From contig OZ024740.1 of the NCBI GenBank assembly GCA_964016885.1, positions 148,490,001-148,554,000 on the forward strand: DNA of 64,000 bases. The letters run 5' to 3'. Both the position numbers and the translations under genes were made by a program. The stretch comes from Eledone cirrhosa. Its lineage: Eukaryota. Positions 14,405 through 29,029 of the stretch are shown piece by piece (the first letter of the stretch is position 1; every line of letters begins with the position of its first letter). The notes beneath the pieces were generated by a model. The model saw only the letters and a list, made by a program, of their open reading frames with translations, had not been told where the DNA came from and did no database searches.

Positions 14405-14532
14405 TTATATATAAACAATGAAGGTGTGGTAAGATACCAGGTGGACTATAACGATACTTAGGGTAGTAGAGTGGGTAATAGGAAAAGAGTCGGGACACAG
14501 TTAGTAAGGTACTAAATACATAGTAGAGTATA

Positions 14533-14628
14533 AATGTTTAATATAGAAATGGCATCTACAGGCATAGAACTGTTTCATTCGAATGAAACAGTTCGAGTCC
14601 TGTAGAGGTAATTTCTATATTAAACATT
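14533..14628. repeat. Fold-back palindrome of HHR family B (stem II/III half only)
   Basis: Apex gtttcattc|gaatgaaac at 14580/14581. Right arm reads GAAAC AGTTCGA GTC CTGTAG. Confidence 0.8.
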
Positions 14629-14683
14629 GCTATATATAACATAAGAAACGGAGAATCAGTGGTGCGACGAATTAAAATTTATT

Positions 14684-14780
14684 AGACATATTACAATCGT
14701 TTCTCTGGCGACCAGCTCGAGGCACGATCGATGCAATGATCGAACCTGACTCTGAAATCGCAAGATCCTCAGATACGTCT
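14684..14780 (-). ncRNA. Intact-looking type I HHR (family F) inside inverted repeat 14639-14717/14813-14891
   Basis: Stem I AGACGTAT/ATATGTCT, core CTGAGGA, stem II TCT-T-GCGA...TCGC-C-AGA with a long extension, then GAAAC GATT GTA (GUA triplet). Confidence 0.85.
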
Positions 14781-14984
14781 CCATTCTTCGAAGCAGAGTT
14801 TCCAGAGTTTCCAGCTGGTCGCCAGAGAAATGATTGTAATATATCTAATAAATTTTAATTCGTCGCACCACTGATTCTCCGTTTTTTATGTGATATTATA
14901 CCCTGCTCTGTAAGAGCATCGAGTGAGTGCTTAAACGGCCTACCGCATACGGACGCTTTAAGCATCCCACACCAATTATATATA

Positions 14985-15878
14985 CGACGTGTGTCAGAAA
15001 AATTCCAGGACTGATGTCACAAAAGATTTATTTCAAACCCAAACTTCACACTAGGAGTTTTCTCCTTCAAAGTAATCCCCCTGGAGTCTAATGGACTTTT
15101 CCGTCCTTTTCTGCCACGCTTGCATGCACTCATGGAAGGATTCTTCCGGGATCCTCCGCAGTTCCGTCATCACGGCCTTTTTGATGTCGTCCACGTCTTC
15201 AAAACGGGTCCCCTCCTGGTCGTACTCGAAGATCCATGACTCATCACCGGTGAGGACTGTCCCTAGCACTCTGGTTCGGTTTCAAGACGCTCGAGGATGT
15301 CCTGGCACACTTGAATGCGTCGACTCTTCTGGTCATCGTTCAGCAGTTTTGGCACCATCTTCGCGCAGACTTTCCGCATCTCCAAATCTTCAGTGAAAAT
15401 GTTCCAGACGCTGTCCCGATTCATGCCCAGCTTATTTGCCATCAGTCGAACAAGTCAGGCGACAATCGCTACGCACCATCTGCCTGACGCGCTCAACGTT
15501 GACCTTAGTCCTGGTTGTTGAGGGCCTTCCGCTCCTGGGGTCATCTTCCACGTCCTCGCGTCCTTCTTTAAACCTCTTGCACCACTCAAAAACACGTGAG
15601 CGTGACAGCGTCTCATCTCCATACACTTGCTGCAGCAATCCCAGTGCTTCTGACGGAGTTTTCAAGTTTGTTCGTTGCTCTGTGCTCATTGCTTGACGAC
15701 CTGAAACAGAGCACATGTATATAAAATTATGAAGAAAAAAGTCTGATCGCTGCAGAGAGCTAAGATTACAGTTACATACTCCAGGAGGATTACTTTGAAG
15801 GAAAAAACTCTTAGTGTGAAGTTTGGGTTTGAAATAAATCTTTTGTGACATCAGTCTGGATCTTTTGTGACACACCTC

Positions 15879-15879
<1 letters not shown>
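14985..15879 (-). mobile_element. Internally deleted mariner DNA transposon with ~100-bp TIRs and TA target sites
   Basis: TIRs cgacgtgtgtcag...ctggagt and actccag...cacacctcg flanked by TA. Peptides VYGDETLSRSRVFEWCKRFKEGREDVEDDPRSGRPST, AKMVPKLL, TGDESWIFEYD fused to GTRFEDV...QGDYFEG. The central catalytic segment is missing. Confidence 0.92.
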
Positions 15880-15949
<70 letters not shown>

Positions 15950-15981
15950 TGTGTTTATATATATATATATATATATATATT

Positions 15982-17528
15982 GTTATACTTGGGGAGGGTC
16001 ATATTTGTGTAATATTGCCAGAATTAATAACAGAACACACTCACTGTTTGGTTGGTTTCGCTTTTCGCTTCTGTGTCTTTTATATCTCCAAATACCTGAT
16101 ACTCAAAAACTCAGCAATGTCCAGTAGTTCTAAGTTTAATATTCTGATCGCAGATTTGGTACGAGTGGTGAAGAATGTGTCCCGCATGTGCGACCCAACA
16201 GAAATGGAAAGACACATCCAAAATTTCATCAACCGCATGCAGTTCTCTGTCTACAACCAAAGAGACAGAGTCAGAGTATACGTAGGAGCCATGGAGAAGT
16301 ATAAGACCCTCATAGAACTGGACATGAAAGGAATTTGCCCATTATACAGGAGCAAATCAGGGAATAGCTTAGATAGGGCTAGACATAAGATAGGGAAAGC
16401 CATGGTACGACAACCAGAGATACCAGAGTGTCATGTTTGTGGACGCTACCCCTGGAGGGAAATTAGCTAACCAGTGTAGAAAGGCCCTGAGAAAGACCCA
16501 CTTAAAGATTAAGGTGGTAGAAAAGCCAGGAACCAGCATAAAATCCCTGATCAGCAAAACCTACCCTTTTAAGAAAACCCACTGTACTAATAGGAAATGT
16601 ATCATATGTAAGGTAAACCCCCGGATAAACTGTAAAACTAGAAACGCAGTCTATAGCATAAGATGTACAGAGGGTACTTGCAGAAACATGACAACAACAT
16701 ACATAGGCGAGACAGCTCGTAGCATAGGGGAAAGGATAGACCAACACTGGGGGGAACTAAAAGGACGAAAAAACGGGTCAGTACTATACCAGACAACAAC
16801 ACGACGGTAACATAGACAACATAGAAATTATAATAATATCTAAACATAAAAATGACCCAGCAGATAGGCAAATCAGAGAAGCCAGTGAAATAGAACTTAG
16901 AAGGCCAAGGCTAAACAGAAAGAATGAATGGAATAACAACAACACCCAAAGAAACAACACTGACCTAAGAGAAGTATAAATAAATAAATACATACACAAG
17001 CACAATAACAACAAATACATATAAACACACACTAGTAAAGATAGAATACATTAACCAATACACAGTCACCCAATCACGAACACACATCAAACAAAACACT
17101 ATACACACACGCAAACGCATGCGCAAAGAAGACAAAATAAAATAAACAAATAAATAAATATATAAACAGACTAAATAAAGATGGCGTAGAAAATACAATG
17201 TAACGGGAGGAAACAATAGCACCACTGACGATGTTGCAGATGTGCAACGAAAGAATTTTGATAAACTATATATATGTGTTTGTGTCTATATTGTATCTGT
17301 ATTATTTTTGACCGTTAGTCAGTCAATGGCAACATTGAGGACCGAATAAATTAGATTACCGATATAAAAGACACAGCAGCGAAAAACGAAAACCAACCAA
17401 ACAGTGAGTGTGTTCTGTTATAAATTCTGGCAATATTACACAAATATGACCCTTCCCAAGTATAACGATATTTGTTTCGACACACGATTTCATATAAAAA
17501 ACCTCGCAAAACTAATTCATCGCCGTTA
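15982..17528 (+). mobile_element. 5'-truncated Penelope-like element: RT thumb and GIY-YIG, with an inverted copy of its 3' end at the 5' side
   Basis: Frameshifted coding 16140-16979: KVVEKPG, CxxC, NAVYSIRC...YIGETARSIGERIDQH, RQIREA..LNRKNEW. Inverted repeats 15982-16086/17361-17466. Both ends abut (TA)n. Confidence 0.9.
17221..17262 (+). ncRNA. Degenerate HHR in the 3' region of the PLE
   Basis: CTGACGA-T-GTTGCA GATG TGCAAC-GAAA. Stems I and III are imperfect. Confidence 0.55.
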
Positions 17529-17550
17529 TATATATATATATATATATATA

Positions 17551-17900
17551 TATTGGTAAACGGAATAGAAAATGCTGACAAATTGTTCACAGTTGAAAAA
17601 TGGTTTAATTAGGAATAAAAGAGTATTAGTGATTGTATGGGTTAGTATTCAGTTGTGGTTTTAAGTTTTTAAGTTTTTACCGGTTGCGCATTTCTGCACA
17701 GATCAGAGCAAACAGCACGGACACTCTATCTCAAAATTATTTTTGAAAAGCATTTAGAAATGCGCAACCGGTAAAAACTTAAAAACTTAAAACCACAACT
17801 GAATACTAACCCATACAATCACTAATACTCTTTTATTCCTAATTAAACCATTTTTCAACTGTGAACAATTTGTCAGCATTTTCTATTCCGTTTACCAATA
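17551..17900. repeat. Perfect 145-bp inverted repeat with 60-bp spacer, flanked by (TA)n
   Basis: 17551-17695 is the reverse complement of 17756-17900. The right arm continues as a ~35-nt unique tail. Confidence 0.92.
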
Positions 17901-17962
17901 TATAATAACTTGTGTGTTACACCTCTATTCTTTTAACTATATATATATATATATATAATATA

Positions 17963-18202
17963 ATATAATTGTTTCTACTTTTTGGCACAAGGCCAGCTGT
18001 GCATTACTGGTACTTTATTTTATCGACCCCGTAAGGATGAAAGGCAAAGTTAACCTCGTCGGGATTTGAACTCAGAGTGGCAAGGCCCGTAACTCTATGC
18101 GTCAAAGCATGGCGTCCGACCCTCTACCGTTACTGCCAATCCACCGCCATATAGATGGCGGTGGATTGGCAGTATCGGTAGAGGGTCAGACGCCATGCTT
18201 TG
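17963..18202 (-). mobile_element. SINE family 1 copy with a fold-back duplication of its 5' head
   Basis: Arms 18103-18150 and 18155-18202 around the loop atag. Confidence 0.85.
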
Positions 18203-18342
18203 GCCAACCAACCAACCGGAAATTTATAAATTCCTAAATTTATAAATTTAATTTATAATAAATTGAGGTGAAAGGAACTGGTGCGTGTGTTTCTTATTGG
18301 CAATATGACCCTCCCAAAGTATAACAATATATATATATATAT

Positions 18343-18428
<86 letters not shown>

Positions 18429-18754
18429 ATATATATATATACTATAGAGTAAAGCATGTCCAGAGAATTATTTGATAATATATATACATCATCTCTACTC
18501 CCAATCAGCTTAATTAACCACACAAAAAATCAATTAGACCAGGCTATAAGAATAAAAAGCATCTATGAAGAAACAGTAAATAAATACGCCATCGCGGCGT
18601 CTTCACGTGCAACCGGTATAGAGTATTTACCCAACATTTCAACAGCACGTGGAAATTAATTAAATATACGGTCAACCATACATAATTAGGTAAAAATTAA
18701 TGTTAGAAATGCTTATATACATACCAAGATTATATATATATATATATATATAGT

Positions 18755-19355
18755 AATAATTGTTTCTACTTTAGGCACAAGGCCAGCAATTACCCAGTGC
18801 ATTACTGGAACTTTATTTTATCGACCCCGTAAGGATGAAAAGCAAAGTTAACCTCGACGGGATTTGAACTCAGATTGTAAAGGGACGTAACTATGCTAGA
18901 AAGCATGGCGTCTAAATGATATAATATAATATAATATAATATAATATAACATAATATAATATAATATAATTGTTCCTACTTTTCGCACAAGGCCAGCAAT
19001 TACCCAGTGCATTACTGGTACTTTATTTTATCGACCCCGGAAGGATGAAAGGCAAAGTTAACCCCGGCGGGATTTGAACTCAGATCATACAGGGGGGTAA
19101 CTCTATGCTTCAAAGCATGGCGTCCGACCCTCTACCGATACTGCCAATCCACCAATATAATATAATATAATATAATTGTTTCTACTTTTGGCACAAGGCC
19201 AGTAAATACCCAGTGCATTACTGGTACTTTATTTTATCGACCCCGTAAGGATGAAAGGCAAAGTCAACCTCGGCGGGATTTGAACTCAGAATGGCAAGGG
19301 CCGTAACTATGCGTCAAAGCATGGCGTCCGACTCTCTACCGATACTGCCAATCCC
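18755..19355 (-). mobile_element. Three tandem SINE family 1 copies separated by (TATAA)n
   Basis: Units at ~18755-18912, 18965-19153 and 19171-19355. Confidence 0.9.
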
Positions 19356-19419
19356 CTAATACAATATAATATAACATAATATAATATAATATAACATAAT
19401 ATATTATAATATAATATAA

Positions 19420-19715
19420 CTCGCACTCTGTCGGTTACGACGACGAGTATTTCATTTCACTCGATCAAAGAAAAAGCCTGCTGTGAAATTAGCGAGCGAG
19501 TGTTTGAGTATTCCACAGACACGCGTATCCTTGACGTAATTCTCTCGGAGATTGAGCGTGACATTGAATGTGACAAGGTTGACCTCTCGGTCTAGTGGTA
19601 AAACTCTTTCTTCCAACTTAGTGAACTGTAGCAACGTGAATTAAAATACATCCCCGGGAATTGAACTCATGAACTTTCAGTCATGAGCCGAATACCCTAA
19701 CCACTACACCATTTA
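19420..19715 (-). mobile_element. Older tRNA-derived SINE (family 2-related)
   Basis: tRNA-like head on the minus strand (tagtggttagggtattcggctc...gagttcaattccc). A related body lies at ~9990-10255. Confidence 0.55.
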
Positions 19716-19786
19716 TCTACCTATCTATCTATCCTTCTTCACTCTGTGAGTGTATTTTCCACTCTGTGCATATCTCTCTCTCTCTC

Positions 19787-19946
<160 letters not shown>

Positions 19947-21045
19947 TGTGTGTGTATATATATATTTGCGACTGGCTTCTTCATTTTTGAGTCCAAAACA
20001 TTAATTCACAAGTTATTGGTTAACAAGAAGCTATATCAGGTGACACTTACCAAAGGAGTAACATAACGAGATTGAATCCTGAACCCCATGTTTGTAAAAG
20101 TGTCTTGCTCAAGGATACAACGCGACAACAGTAATTGAATTCGCGAACATGAACGATATACTTTAACCCTTAAGCTATTTTTTTAAATGAGAAATAAAAA
20201 ACCATTAAGCCATCTGGTTTTAAGAGAAATATATAACAGGGAAAAGAAATTATGCACCACTTCTGTATGGCGCATTAGTTTTCAGGCTTATGGTTGTGAC
20301 TGGAATTGTACTTTCTTATGCAAATTGGATTGGTTGCTTGCCTTAACAGAGTAATGTATGAGTGTGTACATATGATATCTAACCTGCGTTTATTTATTGA
20401 AGAATTATGACTAACATTCCCACTGGTTCCTGAATTTCTCGCTAATGCTCTGAGATGACTCTCCTATTTAGGATGAAGACAGATTTGCCCGTGCTCCACC
20501 GAGATAACTTATATGGTATAGAATATTTCTCACCTTGCTGTGAATATGTGAGTATGTAGTACATATCTCTCATTTACACCGGTATCATTGTCAAAAGGGG
20601 TGGAATTGCAATTTACTGAACTAATCGATCAACTTGTTTAATTTCGAAGAAGATTTTCCTACATTCATTTACTAATTCGCTATTACGTTTGCCATCTATA
20701 AACATTGAACTAACAAATTCATTATTGCAATACATCGAAATAACCATCTGCCAAAACGATGGCTTGATAATGTCCACTTATGGACTGGACTTGACCTTTG
20801 CTCTTTAAACTCTGCTGTTGGTGATCGAACTTTGTGGAGAAAAATATCTCATGTTCATGCGGTGTTTAGCGTCTGAAGGTACCATCTGCAATTTATTATC
20901 ATCATTGCCCTATTCCACAGCTTGTTGCAATATACAGATAGAGAAGATACATCCATATCAATTTTTTTAATCTTCTCAAATATTTCAGTTGCTTTGCGAA
21001 TTTCATATGGTTAACTATTTAAAATGTTCATTTGGTTCTCTTTTT

Positions 21046-21232
21046 TGATTGGCAGTATCGGTAGAGGGTTGGACACTATGCTTTGCAGCAAAGAGTTACG
21101 GTCCTTTATGGTCTGAGTTCAAATCCCGCCGAGGTTAACTTTGCCTTTCATCCTTATGGGCTCGATAAAATAAAGTACCAGTAATACACTGAGATAATTG
21201 CTGGCCCTGTGCCAAAAGTAGAAACAATTATT
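21046..21232 (+). mobile_element. SINE family 1 copy
   Basis: Matches the unit. Other copies lie at ~12100-12250(+), 22226-22415(-), 29900-30050(-), 32405-32597(+), 48170-48310(-), 49265-49455(-), 51415-51617(+) and 54886-55040. Confidence 0.85.
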
Positions 21233-21778
21233 TGTTCTACGTTCAAATACCGATGGGATTATCTTTGCCTTTAATCCTTACAGGGTCGATAAAATAAATT
21301 ACCAGTTACGCACTGGAGTCGTTTTAATCGACTTTCCCCTCCCCAAATTGCTGGCCTTATACCTATAGCAGAAATCATTATTTGTTTAACTCGAAGTAAG
21401 AAAATACCTTGACTAATGAGCGTCATTTACTAGTGTATATAGCCCGAGGAACATTATTTTAATGCAAGAGAACTCGGGGCGTTAGTCGGATTATCAAACA
21501 TTGAAATAATAACCACATTGTTGTCCTGCCTCTATATTTGTAAAACTAGATCGCAGTGTTGATATAGTTGTGCAATTATGAAATTTAAACTCTCATCAGA
21601 TTAACTATTATGCCAAGCAACATTTAAAGTAGCAAAAAAAAGAAATATGACAAATTAAGTTATATATATTTAACAAAAACTAAAAGAAATAATAAGCAAA
21701 TCACAAGCCAAAAAAATGTATCCTATTTAGTATATTATATTTCATATAGTGTCTGGGAATTTATATACATATTTATAT

Positions 21779-21810
<32 letters not shown>

Positions 21811-21887
21811 CCACACACACACACACACACCCACCCACACACACACACACTTATATATATATATATATACATACACACACACACACA

Positions 21888-21953
<66 letters not shown>

Positions 21954-22814
21954 GTTAATAAATGAAACAAACAAAACACTGGAGACAATTTTTACACAGT
22001 TATATGCATAATATATTTATTTATACACTCATATGTTTGTGAATGCGTTTTTGTATATACACTGGTGTCTAGGTAGACATGTGGAATGCTAGTGGGTATA
22101 TGTGAATGTTTCGATCTCTGTCATGTGATGTGCTGTAGCACGCTTGCTACAATGATGGAAACTAGTAAAACAATAAAAGTCTATACATATACTAAACTTG
22201 ACTGCAGATCTCCTGTGTCTTATAATAATAATTGTTTATACTTTTGGCACAAGCCCAACAATTATCCAAGTGTATTACTGGTACTTTATTTTATTGACCC
22301 CGTAAGGATGAAAGGCAAAGTTAATCTCGGCGACATTTGAACTCAGACTATAAAGGCAGTAACTCTTTGCTGTAAAGCATAGCGTCCGACCCTCTACCGA
22401 TACTGCCAATCCACAGCCTTAAGGTCTTACAATAATAATAATAATATATGAATAGGGTACTGCAAATGTAATGGTTGATAAGGAACTGCAGGGCCCTTGG
22501 TCATTTGTTATGACCCACTCGTGCATGGTAATTATGGTGACAGAAGTTCAATGGGAGTAGGAATAAATAGTAATATATACATATATATTTTGTACACAAA
22601 CTTTCACACACACACACATATATATATATTGTGAGATTTTCCCGAGTTCAGTTTTTTTCGTCGCTTTGGTCACTGCGGCTCGTCTACCGGTCGCTGTCTT
22701 CAATTTGCAAAGCTGTCTCAACGTAATGTTATAACTCTAAGGTAATATATAGCTGCACACCCCGACTGCATTAGTTAGCTTGGCTGCAACCAGAGCTTCG
22801 ATGATGCTGTACTA

Positions 22815-22859
<45 letters not shown>

Positions 22860-22873
22860 AGATATATATATAT

Positions 22874-22987
<114 letters not shown>

Positions 22988-22996
22988 AAGGCGAGT

Positions 22997-23035
<39 letters not shown>

Positions 23036-23114
23036 ACAGGGAGAAAGAGATGATTATGAGGAAGAAAAATATATTTTCCTCTCCACATTTTATTATTATT
23101 ATTATATATATATG

Positions 23115-23175
<61 letters not shown>

Positions 23176-23556
23176 AATACGCCTTCATATTAGATATGTG
23201 TATGCATAATATATATATATGTATATAATATAGTTGAATATAAAAGAAATGCGAACACAGATATATACATATATGTGTTCACATCTCAAGGGACCACATT
23301 CGCTAAGGTGAAAAGAATACTAACTATAGACAGGTTTGCCTGTCTCAATTTAAGAAAAAAAATACAAACCGAATATATGCGGCTCCGTTAATTTGTTGAG
23401 CTATTTCAAATGTCATTCTGCTAGTATATAATAAATTGAGAGTTAATAACCAATTTAGACTTATAACATAACTTTATACTACGTACGTTTCAATGTATCT
23501 CGGCGGGTGATACCTCAATATACATTGTGTGTTTCCAGTATAACCAAACATATACT

Positions 23557-24588
<1,032 letters not shown>

Positions 24589-24592
24589 GTAA

Positions 24593-25686
24593 CACCGACA
24601 TACTCTCCGAAACCCGGTCCGGCGACATGCCACTACACTTTCGGGCCACATCTGGGACCTCCAAGTTAATAATATAACCTATAATCTCACTTGGAGCTTA
24701 CTGTCCGCTAACTCTTACACGGAAGGACGCCGTCCGTGTAACTTATACTCGGAGGAAACATTACAAATGCTGTTTTCGAAGGACCAACTCCTAAACAAGA
24801 AAGACGAACTGGTAACCGCATGCAAACACAGATTGCGTAGGACTTACCTCGCCCTCAAACCCCATAACGACCCGTGTGGGTAGACAAAGCTTGGGTTTTC
24901 CCCTACTTGCCGAATAAGTTAGGGGAAAACCAAGCTTATTTAGGTAGATGTATCTCTTTTCTTTTCTTTTCCTCTTTGTCTTCTTCTTCCCCCTGTCTCA
25001 TCCTATCACTTTCTTCCACCCCCTATTTTCTTCCTCGTCTGCTTTTCCCCTTCGCCTACCCCGATGCAGCCCATCGGGCCTCTGTAGCATCAGTTCCCCC
25101 ACCCCTGTAATTTTAAGATAGAATTGACCGAATACGTTTTATTAACTACTTATAGCAGACGTGTTAAACCCCTTTAATTCTGTATCAGTTCTGGTACTAC
25201 TCAATTTCTACAAGTTTTTTCTATTCTCAACTTATTAACCTGTAATTGTAAGATAGCATTGTGATTTTTTTTATTCATTTCTCACTATCTAATTTTATAT
25301 ATTTTTTTTATTTCTTTCTATTATCTTTTATTGTCTCCTACTTTCATTCGATTTACCTATTCTATAACCTCCCTCCTCCACTTCATACACTATCCTTAGA
25401 ATCTGCTGTATACATATCACTTTCAACGTTTGACCGCTCCACTTACTCCCCTATTGTTCTACAGGCAAGTTCAGCCACCCCTACCTCCCACCTAATGCCA
25501 TGATAGACTTATTTGTGTTTACAACAAATTTTAACCAATCCTCTTGACAACTACAATCTTCCCATATAAGGAAGTACCCCCTTGAAAAGTTCGGGTATTT
25601 ATTCACCAGGCTAAAAATTCTAATTTAGTCCAGAAATAGCCGTCGAAACGGCTTGAGCTCTGCCGTCGGGGTCATACTTTTTCCTA
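24593..25686 (+). mobile_element. 5'-truncated PLE: GIY-YIG C-terminus, 3' UTR and terminal HHR
   Basis: Unlisted open frame 24593-24868 reads HRHTLRNPVRRHATTLSGHIWDLQVNNITYNLTWSLL..PCNLYSEE..LLNKKDELVTACKH. Ends at (TA)n. Confidence 0.85.
25572..25680 (+). ncRNA. Type I HHR, U3-A8 core variant (family C)
   Basis: AAGTA.CCCC-TTGAAAA-stem II (CGG.TATTT..GGCTAAA/TTTAGTC..AAATA.CCG)-GAAAC GGC..GCC GTC-GGGG..TACTT. Confidence 0.75.
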
Positions 25687-25766
25687 TATATATATGTATA
25701 TATATGTATATATATATATACTATATATACTATATATATACTATATACTATATATATACTATATAC

Positions 25767-25844
<78 letters not shown>

Positions 25845-25976
25845 CATATATGTAGGAGGTGAGTTTTATTGTAGTACAATAAAGCAATGCAGATATCGGA
25901 TAAGAAACCTCTACAGTTTGTAGGACTGGAGTATACATAATATATAAGATCAAAAGATGGTTAAAAGAGTTCCATG

Positions 25977-26047
25977 TATTTTATTATGCGCATTTCAAAA
26001 ACAAATATCATCATGCAATTACATTTGTGTTTTCATCAGATAAAATA
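25977..26047 (-). ncRNA. Minimal type I HHR (left arm of inverted repeat 25934-26087/26096-26250)
   Basis: Mirror copy of 26136-26206. Confidence 0.88.
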
Positions 26048-26135
26048 GGAAGACATGATATGAAGGTTAAAAAACACTTGTGGATAGAAACTGCACTATC
26101 CACAAGTGTTTTTGAACCTTCATATCATGTCTTCC

Positions 26136-26206
26136 TATTTTATCTGATGAAAACACAAATGTTATTGCATGATGATATTTGTTTTTGAAATGCGCATAAT
26201 AAAATA
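26136..26206 (+). ncRNA. Minimal type I HHR with palindromic stem III
   Basis: TATTTTAT-CTGATGA-AAACACAAATGTTATT..GATGATATTTGTTTTT-GAAA-TGCGCA-TA-ATAAAATA. Confidence 0.9.
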
Positions 26207-26371
26207 CATGGAACTCTTTTAACCATCTTTTGATCTTATATATTATATATACATATATATACATATATATAGGAAAAAGTATATACATATATATATATTT
26301 ATATAGTATATATATATAGTATATAGTATATATATAGTATATATAGTATATATATATATACATATATATAT

Positions 26372-26804
<433 letters not shown>

Positions 26805-27225
26805 ATATATATATATATATACTACACAGAAGATTATGGGTGGGGGTTGTCAGATTTGGTAGAGCATCGGATGTAATGTTGTGCTGATTTTGCCCCAGCT
26901 TTCTTAGCTCTAATTTCAATAGCTTGAAAGCTAAAGTGCCACGATCGTATTCTGATTTCATTGTTGTTAAGTGACTGTGAGTACAAGATTTACCACTTTC
27001 AGAAGTTTAGCGCTTAGCTGCTGTCTGTGCTTGTTTCAGATAAATTGATATCACCCAGTCAAGGAATCGTTACGAACCCAATAATGTGGTCGAGAAATAA
27101 AGTACTAAACATGTATAGGGTATGATATTGTCACATGGTCGATGGTGAGGTACACAGAACAAATTTAAAACATGTAGACAATACGTTATATGCATTGTGT
27201 ATATATATATATATATGCCAGCGAG

Positions 27226-27273
<48 letters not shown>

Positions 27274-27447
27274 ATGTGTGTGTATATACATACGCATACA
27301 CACACAGTAAGCTTGATATATATATAACTATATATGAATACATATATACGTGCAAACGTGCACACATACACATATATACATAGAGGTGTGATACACAGAT
27401 AGATATGAAATGTATGAAAATGACAGGGAGAAGGGGTGAGAGTGTGA

Positions 27448-27536
<89 letters not shown>

Positions 27537-27938
27537 TATGCAGACGTGGTAGCTGATATATGTATATTTATAGTGTTTGTATGATAAAGTGACAATAGCA
27601 ACATAAAGAAAGAAATAATACTAAATTTAAGGAGGTTGTTGGTTGGTGAAAGAACGTCACATGAGCATCGGAACATGGCAAGTAAAATTAATGGTATATG
27701 TTTAATTTTCACCCAGCTGTGTGCAGTACAAACAAAAACTTACTTCAGGTTTGGTAATTACATTACAAAGTGAATATTTAAGAGAATGAATTGTAGGGCA
27801 AATGTATAAATATGTGTCTATCATTTTCTTTTCCGGTCCTTTTTTCATAATCTCTTTTCTTTCTCATTCACACCCAATTCGTGCCTCTGCATACCCCCCT
27901 CTCTCTTTCTCTCTCTCTCTCTCTCTTTCTCTCTTTCT

Positions 27939-28145
<207 letters not shown>

Positions 28146-28146
28146 C

Positions 28147-28197
<51 letters not shown>

Positions 28198-28282
28198 GGA
28201 GTAACAATAAATGTGAAGACTAAAATCTGAAGAGGTCTCGATAATAAATATTTATTTCTGCGTCCACAGATTGATTTTTTTA

Positions 28283-28331
28283 GTTTCAGAAGATCCCGTT
28301 AGGGGTGAAAGCAGCGATTCTTTGCTTAAAC
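28283..28331 (+). ncRNA. Variant HHR-like motif (family A)
   Basis: GTTT-CAGAAGA-TCCC GTTAG GGGT-GAAA-GCA GCGATTCTT TGC-TT-AAAC. Confidence 0.5.
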
Positions 28332-28599
28332 CTAATCTGTTATTTTAATATATATATAAATATATATATGTATAAATATATATATGTATATATGTATACA
28401 TATCTTATATGAAATAATACAGCCAATTTTCCACGCAATACTTTTAGTTAGCACCCCGAACGCATAATTGGGAATATAATCACTTATTTCCTAATGTTTG
28501 TTGAGTGAGTTGGAATTTGGCCGGAGTATCGCTAAAAAGCTTTCTCCGATATTGTATTTATTATGTATACATATATATATATACATATTTATATTTATG

Positions 28600-28676
<77 letters not shown>

Positions 28677-28739
28677 TAGCTAGACATGGCCTGGGTCAAT
28701 ACTGGCCGAAACCTATCAAAGTTATCAAAGTTATCAAAG

Positions 28740-28779
<40 letters not shown>

Positions 28780-28933
28780 TAAATGTAAGTATGTAAGTGC
28801 CGTACTAAGAGTGAGAAATAAAATTTAGTTTCAATCTATTCCATTTATATATATATCATAATCTATAAAGCTTATATAATAATGAAGAAGTCATTGTGCT
28901 TGAATCTTACATCATTTTATTGAATACTTTGTC

Positions 28934-28992
28934 ACTCTTATACATATTTCAATGGTATCTATTATGTAATAGATAGGAACTCATCAGGCAGC
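28934..28992 (-). ncRNA. HHR with decayed stem I (family G)
   Basis: CTGATGA-GTTCC TATCTATTA CA TAATAGATA CCATT-GAAA-TATGTA-TA. Confidence 0.6.
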
Positions 28993-29029
28993 AATTGCGT
29001 AATCTATTGTTCATCATGTGATATGTCAT

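Noticed and set aside
18755-19420. Repeat-spacer pattern superficially like a CRISPR array
   Set aside because: Units are ~190-bp SINEs separated by (TATAA)n in eukaryotic DNA, with no cas genes.
23474-23543. Minus-strand HHR-like motif (TTATAC...AATGTAT/ATACATT-GAAAC GTAC GTA-GTATAA)
   Set aside because: Stems and GAAAC..GTA fit, but no CTGAnGA core is recognisable. Probably a relic, not counted.
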